NCBI GenBank assembly: GCA_048940645.1
Contig: JBHLOI010000026.1
Coordinates: 1-48,470 of the forward strand
Length of the DNA stretch: 48,470 nucleotides
Origin: Promethearchaeota archaeon
Lineage (GTDB): Archaea; Asgardarchaeota; Lokiarchaeia; Sigyniarchaeales; SOKP01
Reading direction: 5' to 3'
Below, piece after piece: positions 10,325 through 22,332 of the stretch. Below the pieces are notes generated by a model. It ran no database searches and had not been told where the DNA came from. It saw only the letters and a list, made by a program, of their open reading frames with translations. Positions within the stretch are counted from its first letter, which is position 1. Each line of letters starts with the position of its first letter. The translations under genes and the position numbers were made by a program.

Positions 10325-11110
10325 TTATGATTCTTCTTTCTTCCTAAGAAGATATTTTGAGAAAATATTCATATAAAGACATTCTTCAGGAGGCATCTCC
10401 ATCGTTAGTTTCGGATTTTCCGTAAATTCCATGTCTGCTCCTCGAATAATTACGATAGGCGTTTGTTTGTCTGCTTCGCTTAATAGGAATTGAGCAGCAC
10501 TAGCAAGATCATCAGCTATAGCTCTCATGGTTATTTCTAAAGGTCTATTAAATAGATCTGGTTTACCTCGTAAATCCTCAATCGGTTCAAATCCCGCAGT
10601 AGCTATTGCAATTCCAATTGTACCTTTTCTAAGGGGTTGAACACGAGAATCCGCTATAATAATCCCTAAATTATTTATTTTGAATTGATCTTTTAATTCC
10701 CTCCAATATCTCCAAACCACTTTATTTAGATTTTTTGGAAGTAGTACCACATTCCCTGCTCCTGCATTAGATTGATCAATTCCTGCATTTGCGATTAAAA
10801 AATCATTTACTTTAGTCAAAATAACATGGGTCATTCCTCCTAAAATCATAGAAGCCTCATTTAAAATCAACTGAACATATCTTTCATCCATATCATATTG
10901 TTTAGACAACTTTTTTGCTTCATTTGAGATACTTTTTACTTCTGATAATTTTATAACTCTACCTTGGGAAGTTGCAACTACTTTTTCAGCAATAACAATA
11001 ATATCTCGTTCTTTTAGGGAACCGATTGCCTTTTTAATATTCTCAATGATAATTGTAAGTAGATCGTTGTTTTCTTTAATGAGAGGAAGTTTAATTGCAA
11101 ATAATTCCAT
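10325..11110 (-). CDS. cofE: CofE-family gamma-glutamyl ligase (F420-0 ligase or folate glutamylase)
   Basis: LPLIKENNDL, EKVVATSQGR, ANAGIDQSN, IIIADS, DLRGKPDLFNRPL, ADDLASAA, TPIVIIRG. Confidence 0.88.
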   Translation of the reverse strand: MELFAIKLPLIKENNDLLTIIIENIKKAIGSLKERDIIVIAEKVVATSQGRVIKLSEVKSISNEAKKLSKQYDMDERYVQLILNEASMILGGMTHVILTKVNDFLIANAGIDQSNAGAGNVVLLPKNLNKVVWRYWRELKDQFKINNLGIIIADSRVQPLRKGTIGIAIATAGFEPIEDLRGKPDLFNRPLEITMRAIADDLASAAQFLLSEADKQTPIVIIRGADMEFTENPKLTMEMPPEECLYMNIFSKYLLRKKEES

Positions 11111-11166
11111 TGTAGATTAAAAAAATTAAACTTATTTGATATAGTTTTTTACAATTCTAGATATAT

Positions 11167-12030
11167 ATGAAAAAAATTTATACCAAATTCTTTGATTCTT
11201 TAGAAATTGGTGATGAGTTCCCTACGGTTATAATGGGAGTACTAAATTTAAGCCCTGAATCTTTCTATAAAGGTTCTGTGTATAATGATCTAAGCCAGAT
11301 GAAAACTGCTGCATTAGAGATGATAAATAATGGAGCAAATATTTTAGATTTAGGTGCAAGATCAACGGCTCCATGGTCAGAAAAAATTACGATTGAAGAA
11401 GAAATTATTAGACTAACACCTGCTATGGAAAACTTATGTGAGACAATACCTGAAAATGTAATTATCTCAGTTGATACCCAATTTAGTCAAGTAGCCCAAA
11501 AAGCTTATAAAATTTCAAAAAAGTATAATAAAAAAATAATAATAAATGATGTTAGTTGTTTGAAAACCGATCCTAAGTTAATGCATTTCATAATTGAAAA
11601 CGAGATACCCATTATAATGATGGCGTCAAAAAAATTACCAGGCGATTTATTAACTATAGAAGAAATAATTAGGGAGTTTAAGTTTACTATTAATGAATTG
11701 GCACAAAAGGGCTATGATGAGACTAAAATCATTATAGATCCAGGTATAGGGCATTGGGTTGAAGAAAAAATTCATATATATGATTTGACGATAATTCACA
11801 ATTTATCCAAATTAAGAACTTTAAATAAACCAATATTAGTGGCAATATCAAGAAAATCCTTTATAGGTACAACCTTGAATAAGCCTGATCCAAATGATCG
11901 CTTAAATGGCACTTTATCTGCTACTAGTATAGCTGTTTTCAATGGTGCTCATATAGTTCGCACTCATGATGTTGATAATCAATTATTAGAAATTGTTAAA
12001 ATGGCAAGAGAGATAAGAATCAATTATTAG
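11167..12030 (+). CDS. folP: Dihydropteroate synthase
   Basis: MGVLNLSPESFY, DLGARST, ISVDT, IINDVS, IIDPGIG, ISRKSFIG, IVRTHDV. Confidence 0.93.
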   Translation: MKKIYTKFFDSLEIGDEFPTVIMGVLNLSPESFYKGSVYNDLSQMKTAALEMINNGANILDLGARSTAPWSEKITIEEEIIRLTPAMENLCETIPENVIISVDTQFSQVAQKAYKISKKYNKKIIINDVSCLKTDPKLMHFIIENEIPIIMMASKKLPGDLLTIEEIIREFKFTINELAQKGYDETKIIIDPGIGHWVEEKIHIYDLTIIHNLSKLRTLNKPILVAISRKSFIGTTLNKPDPNDRLNGTLSATSIAVFNGAHIVRTHDVDNQLLEIVKMAREIRINY

Positions 12031-12372
12031 TTTTTTGATTTTTGAATTAAACTTGAAAATGTTAAAGGCTTTAAAAAACCAAACAATTATTTGAAAGAAA
12101 TCTTATTAAGCTTTTCAATTCTTTATTTTTTTTAATAGTCAAAAATAGCGCCTATCTAATTAATTCCTTTAAGATTTAAAGCCAAACTAAAAATATTGAC
12201 TAACTTTCATTACAAGATTTGAAAGAAGTTTAAGAAAATTAATTTTTTTTTTATTTTAGTTGATAAAAAACTGTGCTTATATTTAAATTTGCGGAATGAC
12301 TTATATTATATGTAAAAAGTTAAATTATCACATTAGTTCAACTAAGAATTGATTAATTTAACCCTACATTAG

Positions 12373-14400
<2,028 letters not shown>

Positions 14401-14448
14401 TTCTGTCCTATTTATTTATAATCATTTAAAATAGAAAGGGTGTTATAA

Positions 14449-16887
14449 TTGACTTCAGAACAGATTGAAGAAATTTTATTAAAAGAGGAAATGAAAAGCA
14501 GTTATATCGATTATGCCATGAGCGTAGTCGTTGGACGTGCAATCCCAGATGTCCGGGATGGCTTGAAGCCTGTCCATAGGCGTATTATTTACGCAATGGC
14601 GACAAATAATTGGTATTTTACAAGTTCTCATGTTAAATGCGCCAAGATTGTTGGCGAGACACTTGGAAATTATCATCCTCATGGTGATATGGCTGTGTAT
14701 AACGCATTAGTGAGAATGGGACAAGATTTCTCATTAAGATATCCTCTAATCCATCCACAGGGAAATTTTGGATCTATTGATGGAGATCCACCAGCTGCTT
14801 ACAGATATACTGAAGCAAGATTATCACTGATATCTAATGAGTTAATTGAAGATATAGATAAAGAGACTGTGGAGTTTCAACCTAATTTTGATAATAGTAC
14901 TTATGAACCAATGTATTTACCCGCAAAGCTTCCTAATATGTTATTAAATGGCACTAAAGGAATTGCCGTAGGAATGGCAACTTCTATGCCACCTCACAAT
15001 TTAAGCGAAGTTTGTAAAGGAATTATAGCAACTATTAATGACCCTGAAATTTCTATAGAAGAATTAATGGAAATCATAAAGGGTCCTGATTTTCCAACAG
15101 GGGGAATTATTACTGAGACAAATGGAATCTATAATGCATATACTACTGGAATGGGAACGATAAATATTAGTGGAAAGGTGGAAACTGAGACTAAAGGAAA
15201 CAAAACTAGTTTAATAATTACAGAAATTCCATATCTAGTTAACAAGACAGATCTAATTGAATCTATAGCTAGGCTAATTAAGGATGGAGTACTTAAAGAT
15301 GTTAGAGATTTGCGTGATGAATCCGATAGAAAGGGGATGCGTATTGTATTGGACTTATCTAAAAATGCTCAACCGGTTATAATAAAAAATATCCTCTTTA
15401 AAAGAACTAGGCTTTTGACGACTTTTAACACAACAAATCTTGTTTTAATCAACGAGGGAAAACAACCAAAAATTCTCAATTTAAAAGAGATTATTAATGA
15501 GTATATCGAACATCGTTTAATTATCATTTATAAAAGAACCGAATATCTTATTACGAAAGCAAAAGATCGACTTCATAGAGTAGAAGGGCTCTTAATTGCC
15601 TTGAATGATATAGATAATGTGATAAATATAATTAAGAATGCTAAGGATGTTAATGAAGCAAAATTAAACTTAAAAACTACCTATAAGTTAAGTGATATTC
15701 AAGTTCAATCTATATTGAGTATGCCTTTATCACGATTAACTAATTTAGAACAACAAAAGTTGGTTGATGAACAAAAATCACTAAAATCCAGTATTAAGGA
15801 ATATAACAAAATTCTGAAAGAAAGGGAAATCCGTTTAGACATAATTAAAAACGATTTAATTGAATTAGAGAAGAAATATGGAGATGATAGAAAGACTGAA
15901 ATTAAAATGGTTGATCATCACCAAGTAAAAGAAATTGAAAGAAAAGATTTAATAAAAAAGGAACCTACAATTGTTATTTTTACTAAAAATCAATATATTA
16001 AACGAATCTCACTGGAAGAATATCAAGCTCAAAGGCGTGGAGGTCGTGGAAAAAAAGGTATGACTGTACGCGAAGAAGACTTTATTACCGATTTATTTGT
16101 AGGCTCTACCCATGATACTATTTTAATATTTACATCAAAGGGTAGAGTATATTCTATTAAATGCTATGATATTCCTTTACAAAAGAGAACCGCTAGGGGT
16201 AAACCGATTATTAATTTAATTCCTTTACAAGAGGGAGAAAAAATAGCTGATATGATTCCGATAAATAATTTCAATACAAATGAAATGTTAATCATGACAA
16301 CGAAAAATGGAATTATTAAAAAAACACCTTTAAAAGATTTTTCTAAATTTAGAACTACAGGTGTTAAAGCTCAGAGAATACGTGCGGGTGATAAATTAGT
16401 AAGCGTTAAAAGGCTTTCAAATGAATTGCAAGATATATTTATAGCCACAAAATTAGGTTATGCAGTTAGATTTGATGAATCAGAATTACGAGAGTTAGGA
16501 AAATATTCGATGGGCGTTAAAGGAGCGGAGTTAAGAGAAGATGATGAAGTTATTGATACTCTTTTAGTAACGAATGATGATATTATTCTGACTTTAACCG
16601 AAAATGCCTACGGCCAAAGAACACCAGTTAAAGAGTATCGAAAGACTGGTAGAGGGGCCAAAGGAGTAAAAAATATCACATTAGATTATTCTAAAAGCGA
16701 TCGGGTTATTGCAACCAAAATAGCTAAGCATATGGACATTTTGATAGGAACAGAACAAGGGCAAATGATAAGGGTTCCTGTAGATTCTATTCGAATTACT
16801 CATAGGAAAGCAAAAGGAGTCAGAGTAATAAAGCTATACGAAGGAGATTCTGTAGTTGCTATTGGGAAATGTGAAAAAGAACATTAG
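14449..16887 (+). CDS. gyrA: DNA gyrase subunit A
   Basis: DGLKPVHRR, YHPHGD, AAYRYTE (catalytic Tyr), GPDFPTGG, GyrA-box QRRGGRG and C-terminal beta-pinwheel repeats. Confidence 0.97.
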   Translation: MTSEQIEEILLKEEMKSSYIDYAMSVVVGRAIPDVRDGLKPVHRRIIYAMATNNWYFTSSHVKCAKIVGETLGNYHPHGDMAVYNALVRMGQDFSLRYPLIHPQGNFGSIDGDPPAAYRYTEARLSLISNELIEDIDKETVEFQPNFDNSTYEPMYLPAKLPNMLLNGTKGIAVGMATSMPPHNLSEVCKGIIATINDPEISIEELMEIIKGPDFPTGGIITETNGIYNAYTTGMGTINISGKVETETKGNKTSLIITEIPYLVNKTDLIESIARLIKDGVLKDVRDLRDESDRKGMRIVLDLSKNAQPVIIKNILFKRTRLLTTFNTTNLVLINEGKQPKILNLKEIINEYIEHRLIIIYKRTEYLITKAKDRLHRVEGLLIALNDIDNVINIIKNAKDVNEAKLNLKTTYKLSDIQVQSILSMPLSRLTNLEQQKLVDEQKSLKSSIKEYNKILKEREIRLDIIKNDLIELEKKYGDDRKTEIKMVDHHQVKEIERKDLIKKEPTIVIFTKNQYIKRISLEEYQAQRRGGRGKKGMTVREEDFITDLFVGSTHDTILIFTSKGRVYSIKCYDIPLQKRTARGKPIINLIPLQEGEKIADMIPINNFNTNEMLIMTTKNGIIKKTPLKDFSKFRTTGVKAQRIRAGDKLVSVKRLSNELQDIFIATKLGYAVRFDESELRELGKYSMGVKGAELREDDEVIDTLLVTNDDIILTLTENAYGQRTPVKEYRKTGRGAKGVKNITLDYSKSDRVIATKIAKHMDILIGTEQGQMIRVPVDSIRITHRKAKGVRVIKLYEGDSVVAIGKCEKEH

Positions 16888-16921
16888 TGGATCTTTAATT
16901 AGAGAAAGTAAATTATTTAGA

Positions 16922-17278
16922 TTATTCTTTAAGATAAGGAATGAGGCATAAAAAAACTAAATTTTCAGATCCAGAATTATTTATTCCATGTTTTTCATTT
17001 GGAGGAATATAAACAACATCACCAGGATTTACTATTTCTTCTTGTCCTGAATCATTATAGAAAACTCCATTTCCGGTTAATATATAAATTTCATGATCTT
17101 GAATATGGCTATGCAATGGTACTTTAGCACTTGGTTTAATTTCAAATCTTCTCATGGCAAAATTTAGTGCTCCATCATTTTCATCTATTAACCATCTTAC
17201 AAATACATCTTTGACTGGAGTTCCATCTGTTAATGTTGCTGCTTTATTTTCTACATCTTTAAAATACTTTTTCAACAT
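16922..17278 (-). CDS. Cupin-domain protein
   Basis: PLHSHIQDHEIYIL and GDVVYIPPNEKHG cupin metal-binding motifs. Confidence 0.92.
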   Translation of the reverse strand: MLKKYFKDVENKAATLTDGTPVKDVFVRWLIDENDGALNFAMRRFEIKPSAKVPLHSHIQDHEIYILTGNGVFYNDSGQEEIVNPGDVVYIPPNEKHGINNSGSENLVFLCLIPYLKE

Positions 17279-17345
17279 AACTTAAATAGTTTTTAATCTA
17301 ATAAAACAATATCTTATATTAAAAATAAAAATAAATCGATAAATT

Positions 17346-18275
17346 ATGAGTACTGAATTTAATATTGGTTTTGATTATTCACACAAGAATAAATTTGTAA
17401 TTGAAGATCCAGCTTTTAACGATTTTATTGAGTTTCTTTTTAATTCTGATCTTAAATTGGGAAAGATTGAGGAAGGTATAACATATGAAAAACTATCAAA
17501 ATATAATATTTTTATAATTGGGGTTCCTATTGCTCAATCTTTCTTGGGTAATCAGGAAATTGATGATTTAGTAAGCTATGTTAAGGATGGGGGCTCCTTA
17601 TTAATTCTAAATGATAACGGCGGAGATTTAGCAAATAAGAATAACCTTTCTGATTTAACAAAGCATTTTGGTGTTAAATTCAATTCTGATCAATTATTCG
17701 ATAATAAATCTTTTTCAAAAGACAATTCTCGTCCAATTATAAAAAATTTTAAACCACATTTTCTTACTCGTGATATTACCCAAATTATCCATTCTAATGG
17801 TTGTACTCTAGAAGTTATTAAAGATATTGATGACAAAGATTTAGATATTATCACTATAGCTTTTTCCTCTGATGACTCTGCCTGGCATAAAACTTTTACT
17901 GGAGAGGAATGGTTTGATGAACCTGTTCAGAAATCTCCTATTATTACTGCTGCACATTATGGACTTGGTAAAGTTGTAGTATTAGGAAATTTATCCCTCT
18001 TTTCAAGTTTTCATGATGCCTACGGTATTCATGCAGCAGATAATTTTAAACTAATCTCAAATATAATTTCATGGCTTATGAATAAAGCTTATTCAGAACA
18101 AGCTCAATTAACTCAGCCAATCTATACTACAATTCCAATTGAACAAGACATATATTATTGGATTAAAGGAAAGATTGATGAAGGAAGATGGAAAAATATT
18201 GAAGAAGTTATTAATTTTTCATTAAAAGTTGTAAAATTTAGAATGAAAAAACAAGATACCATAGAAGAGGAATAA
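17346..18275 (+). CDS. GIFT/DUF4350-like (GldG/IFT52 N-terminal-type) domain with a C-terminal ribbon-helix-helix-like domain
   Basis: IGFDYSH start, YVKDGGSLLI, FGVKFNSD, GKVVVLGN and DNFKLISNIISWL fit the class-I-GATase-like GIFT pattern. C-terminal TIPIEQDIYYWIKGKIDEGRWKNIEEVINFSL resembles RHH. Confidence 0.65.
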   Translation: MSTEFNIGFDYSHKNKFVIEDPAFNDFIEFLFNSDLKLGKIEEGITYEKLSKYNIFIIGVPIAQSFLGNQEIDDLVSYVKDGGSLLILNDNGGDLANKNNLSDLTKHFGVKFNSDQLFDNKSFSKDNSRPIIKNFKPHFLTRDITQIIHSNGCTLEVIKDIDDKDLDIITIAFSSDDSAWHKTFTGEEWFDEPVQKSPIITAAHYGLGKVVVLGNLSLFSSFHDAYGIHAADNFKLISNIISWLMNKAYSEQAQLTQPIYTTIPIEQDIYYWIKGKIDEGRWKNIEEVINFSLKVVKFRMKKQDTIEEE

Positions 18276-18319
18276 GACTAGTTTAAGTTAAAACCTTATT
18301 AGATATTGAGGGTAAAGAT

Positions 18320-18862
18320 TTGATCAAAACAGACAAAAATGAATTATTAATTGGAGTTCTCTCGGATACTCATGTTCCTCATAGAGCTTCCTCAGTACCA
18401 AAAAAAGTTTTAGATGATTTTAAAAGGAGAAATGTTGACTATGTTTTTCATTTGGGAGATTTTACTTCCGTTGAGGTTTATGAAACGCTTATTAATAGTT
18501 TTGGTAAAGATAAAGTAATCGCTATTCATGGAAATATGGATTTTGATCCGAAATTGAGAAAAACTTTGCCTGATAAGTTGGAATTGGAAATTTTTAGTCA
18601 TAAAATTCTACTACTTCATGGAATGGGAGGTCCTAACATGATAGTTAGACGCTTGATTAAGAAATTAGATCTTCCTAATTCTGATTATGATGTTGTTATC
18701 TTTGGCCATACTCATAGACCAGTCAATGAAAAAAACAATAATATCTTATTTTTTAACCCAGGAACTACCACACCTATCGATAATAGGCTAACAGTAATAA
18801 GTTCCTATGGTTATCTGAAAATTTCTAAAAAGAAGGTTGAATTTGAAATTGTAAACCTTTAA
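18320..18862 (+). CDS. YfcE/MJ0936/Vps29-family metallophosphoesterase
   Basis: SDTH, HLGD, HGNMD, LLHG, FGHTH, NPG motifs. Confidence 0.93.
   Translation: MIKTDKNELLIGVLSDTHVPHRASSVPKKVLDDFKRRNVDYVFHLGDFTSVEVYETLINSFGKDKVIAIHGNMDFDPKLRKTLPDKLELEIFSHKILLLHGMGGPNMIVRRLIKKLDLPNSDYDVVIFGHTHRPVNEKNNNILFFNPGTTTPIDNRLTVISSYGYLKISKKKVEFEIVNL
18803..18837 (+). repeat. Direct repeat, copy 1 (35 bp, 1 mismatch versus copy 2), inside the 3' end of the phosphoesterase gene
   Basis: tcctatggttatctgaaaatttctaaaaagaaggt; the 30-bp core 18808-18837 is identical to 20112-20141. Confidence 0.9.
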
Positions 18863-18940
18863 CTATTACTAATAATGGAAATATCTAGCTAAAATCTATA
18901 CAAAGTAACTATTTTAAATAAATTATAGAGGGAGGAAAAA

Positions 18941-19234
18941 GTGGCAAAAAGTCTCATAAGTAATGTTTTAAATTTGTTGGCAATTATGGCAATGATTGCT
19001 ATAATTTTATTTCTAGGCCCAAATGCATTAGGAATAACCTTAGCAATATTAGTTGGTGTGGGGATATGCTTTTTTGATTTTTGGATATTCTATGCAAAAA
19101 GAGGTATTCAAAGATCTATTCGTAAGAAACGGCAAGAACAGCTAGTACCGCAAAAGTACGTTATATGTCCAAGGTGTAAAATTCCAGTTGAAATAGAATT
19201 AGGTATATGTCCTAAGTGTAAGAATAGAGTTTAG
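18941..19234 (+). CDS. Small membrane protein with a C-terminal zinc ribbon
   Basis: Two hydrophobic helices, a basic linker, then CPRC...CPKC; GGAGG Shine-Dalgarno upstream. Confidence 0.75.
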   Translation: MAKSLISNVLNLLAIMAMIAIILFLGPNALGITLAILVGVGICFFDFWIFYAKRGIQRSIRKKRQEQLVPQKYVICPRCKIPVEIELGICPKCKNRV

Positions 19235-19323
19235 AAAAATAAAACAAAATAGTCTAATTCCAAGTCTGTAGCTCCACATTTTACACATTTATGAAGATAA
19301 TCTTCAAATAAAACTTTCCCAAA

Positions 19324-19899
19324 TTATTCCTTTTTTCCATAGAAAGCGGGGTATTTTTCGACTATTTTATCGTAATCTCTCGCAATACGTATCATAATCT
19401 TCTCTGTTTCAACAAAGTTTTTGTACATCTTTTTTATTTGACTTTTTTTAAATTCTCCTGGATTTGCTTGCATTTCATTTAATCGTTCTCTTTTTGCTTC
19501 CAATAAATAAGGACTATACTTATATGCAAACTCCGTATTACGTTTTGTAAAAGTCTCTATTGTCTCAAAATTTTTTTCCCATCGAAGATCAAATCTTATA
19601 AAAGGACGCCTTTTATATTCAATCCCACCCTGTAAAGACCGGACATTATAATAAAAAGACCGGACAGTATATAATGGCACACAATAGATTTCTGGAGATT
19701 TACTCCTTCGAGCTCTTGTATATGCAAACGATTTTGGCGTAAGAAGAATATGAGAAATCCAACTTGCTGTATAACTACCATAGACCGCAGAACCACCAGA
19801 TTCTATAACATCCGCTAAAGAACTATAAATAATTTCTTCTCCCGGTGGAATTAATCCTTTTAATAACGAACTATCTATGGGTACATAAATGCCTGTCAT
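19324..19899 (-). CDS. Hypothetical protein (possible PH-like fold)
   Basis: 191-aa ORF; the GEEIIYSS...HILLTPKSFAY pattern is reminiscent of bacterial PH-like domains. Weak assignment. Confidence 0.55.
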   Translation of the reverse strand: MTGIYVPIDSSLLKGLIPPGEEIIYSSLADVIESGGSAVYGSYTASWISHILLTPKSFAYTRARRSKSPEIYCVPLYTVRSFYYNVRSLQGGIEYKRRPFIRFDLRWEKNFETIETFTKRNTEFAYKYSPYLLEAKRERLNEMQANPGEFKKSQIKKMYKNFVETEKIMIRIARDYDKIVEKYPAFYGKKE

Positions 19900-20106
19900 C
19901 TTAATATTTTACCTTTAAATGTATTTTCCCTTAATTAATTTTTTTTTTGAATAGAGTTATGCTGTCATAAATTTAAATCTATCTTGAGAAATACTAAAAT
20001 TATTCACTAAGGTGTTAACTAGTAAAAGACCAACATAATTTCATCTTATCAAAAAGATGATTCTTTTTATAAAATTAATTTTAAAAAAAACTTGTATTTA
20101 AAAACC

Positions 20107-20166
20107 TCCTTTGGTTATCTGAAAATTTCTAAAAAGAAGGTGCAGCCCGAAAAAATCTATTTATAG
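20107..20166 (+). pseudogene. Direct repeat copy 2 plus a displaced or duplicated 3' end of the phosphoesterase gene
   Basis: Translates as SFGYLKISKKKVQPEKIYL*, versus the gene end SYGYLKISKKKVEFEIVNL*; identical length to the stop codon. Confidence 0.75.
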
Positions 20167-20205
20167 AATAATAACTACAATTAAAGATTAAAAAAAAGCT
20201 TGTAT

Positions 20206-20820
20206 CTAAAAGCCTTCCATAGGTTTTCCTGAAAGCTTTTTATAATGATTTAACACTGCTTGACGAGAGGCATACACAAATGCTCTTTTTACATTCACTC
20301 CTTGAATCGCAATTGTTTCATATACTAAACAATGGTTGAGCTTAGCAGTGTCTAACACCTGTCTGATTTTAGAGATTTCAACTATTTCATCCAAGTCCCT
20401 CTTATTAGCCAGTAAAACCATCGGGACTTCAGGAGGCTCAAACTGGGCAGGTGGTTGGAGTTTATCACCGTAGAATTTTAATAACTCTTTAAGAGACCAT
20501 ATATTCTCTTGCCATTGATCAATGAGAGAATCCCAAGTAAAAATAACAGCGTCAGTGCCCTTTAATACCGTTTGTCGTTGGAATTTATGGCGTCTTTGCC
20601 CTGCTACTGTATAAACCTGAAAAACAACATTTGAAACACGTGCTACAACACGATCAAAAAACAATGTTCGTCCAGTAGGATCCTGTATTTGTTGCATATC
20701 TCCACTAGCTAAACCCTCTTTATGGTAGACCCATTCTAATGCTGTAGTTTTGCCTCCCAATGAAGGACCATAAAAGCAAATTTTGAAAACTAAAGTTCCA
20801 TCTCCACGTCGACTTGGCAT
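20206..20820 (-). CDS. MglA-like small GTPase
   Basis: KICFYGPSLGGKTT (G1), RTLFFD (MglA-type switch I with intrinsic Arg), YTVAGQ (G3 variant), NKRD (G4). Confidence 0.88.
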   Translation of the reverse strand: MPSRRGDGTLVFKICFYGPSLGGKTTALEWVYHKEGLASGDMQQIQDPTGRTLFFDRVVARVSNVVFQVYTVAGQRRHKFQRQTVLKGTDAVIFTWDSLIDQWQENIWSLKELLKFYGDKLQPPAQFEPPEVPMVLLANKRDLDEIVEISKIRQVLDTAKLNHCLVYETIAIQGVNVKRAFVYASRQAVLNHYKKLSGKPMEGF

Positions 20821-21035
20821 TAATTAATACCTCGATAATATTTTCCTATAACTCAAATTTAATTTTAAACATCTAATAACAATAATTATATTTTAAATTT
20901 TGTAAATCAAAAACTTTGCCATTTTTAAATTTATATTTTAGATTACAGAAATGTATTTAATTCTAATATATAAATATCACAAATTAATCTAGGTAAACTA
21001 TTTCAGTATAAATTTTATTTACATTAGTTAATATT

Positions 21036-22184
21036 TTAATAGAATGGATTATGATATTTGGAGGTATCTTTTTTTTCTAACGTCCTTTGAATAATCTCTT
21101 TATTGATTAATCCTTCTATTTGGCATAAATACTCATACTCTTCTTTTAAGCATAGCATTATTGCTGTACCGCGTTTATTCATCCGCGATGTTCTTCCGAT
21201 TCGATGAACATAATTATCAGGATACTTTGGAACGTCATAATTAATAATATGGCTTATATTATCAATATCCAGTCCTCTCGCAGCTACATCTGTGGCAATT
21301 AACATATTAATCTTCCGATGCTTAAAAGCCTTTAAGATTGTTTCACGTTGATATTGAGATAATTTGCCTGAGATTAAATTCACTTTGTAATTTAAATTCT
21401 TATTTGATTGTAGCTTGTTTGATAGCCAAGATGCGGTTTTTTTAGTATTCACAAATACTAAGGTGTGTTTTGGTCTCTCTGCTTTTAAAATCTCCAGAAA
21501 TGTTTTATACTTCTCTTCAAATCGATCTATTAAGTAGTAATATTGTTTAGTATTACTTACAGTTAAATCATCTTTACTTAGATTTATAAATTCAAATTTA
21601 TTTTTTGAATATTTCTTAACTAACCTTCTTATTTGCGAATATAGCGTGGCAGAAAATAGCATAAACTGATAGTTACTGTGAATTTGCTTTAAAATGTAAT
21701 TGACATCTGGTGCAAAGCCCATATCGAATAAACGATCTGCTTCATCTATTACAACAAATTTTATATTCCGTAGATTTAATTTTTTTCTTTTATAAAGATC
21801 AATAATTCTTCCGGGTGTTCCACATATAATATTTACACCTTTTTCTAACTGCCTAATTTGATTATCAATTGAAACCCCACCATAGATCGTCATAGATTTG
21901 ATTGTATGATTTCCTAATTCTTTTAATACTTGATCAACTTGCTTTGCAAGTTCCCTTGTTGGTTCTAAAATCAAAACTTCATTAGGTTCGTTATTCAATT
22001 TCTCAATAATAGGTAGTAAGAAAGCTAGTGTTTTTCCACTTCCAGTTTTAGCTTGAACCATTACATGATGTCCATCCAAAATAACAGGAATAGCAACCTT
22101 TTGGACTGGGGTTGGTTTATTAATATTTAATTTTTTCAAGGTATTAATTAAAAATTCATTAATACCTAATTCTTTAAAACTCAA
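21036..22184 (-). CDS. DEAD-box RNA helicase
   Basis: Q motif, AKTGSGKT, PTRELA, TPGR, DEAD, SAT, ARGLD, HRIGRTSR. Confidence 0.97.
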   Translation of the reverse strand: MSFKELGINEFLINTLKKLNINKPTPVQKVAIPVILDGHHVMVQAKTGSGKTLAFLLPIIEKLNNEPNEVLILEPTRELAKQVDQVLKELGNHTIKSMTIYGGVSIDNQIRQLEKGVNIICGTPGRIIDLYKRKKLNLRNIKFVVIDEADRLFDMGFAPDVNYILKQIHSNYQFMLFSATLYSQIRRLVKKYSKNKFEFINLSKDDLTVSNTKQYYYLIDRFEEKYKTFLEILKAERPKHTLVFVNTKKTASWLSNKLQSNKNLNYKVNLISGKLSQYQRETILKAFKHRKINMLIATDVAARGLDIDNISHIINYDVPKYPDNYVHRIGRTSRMNKRGTAIMLCLKEEYEYLCQIEGLINKEIIQRTLEKKDTSKYHNPFY

Positions 22185-22332
22185 TTTTATTATAACCTTA
22201 ATATTCTAGTATTTCTCTCTCGACATTTAACAAAATTTTCCATAAAAGAAAAAGCTTTTCAATTTATTTTATTAAATTTAGCTAAATTTAATGAATTAAC
22301 TATATTATTTTCTCTAATTATTTTATTATTTA

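Noticed and set aside
18410-19796. ORFs 18410-18601 and 19596-19796
   Set aside because: Fully overlap better-supported genes; no motifs.
20041-20060. Inverted repeat TCATCTT-n6-AAGATGA
   Set aside because: 7-bp arms in very AT-rich DNA with a single occurrence; cannot be distinguished from chance.
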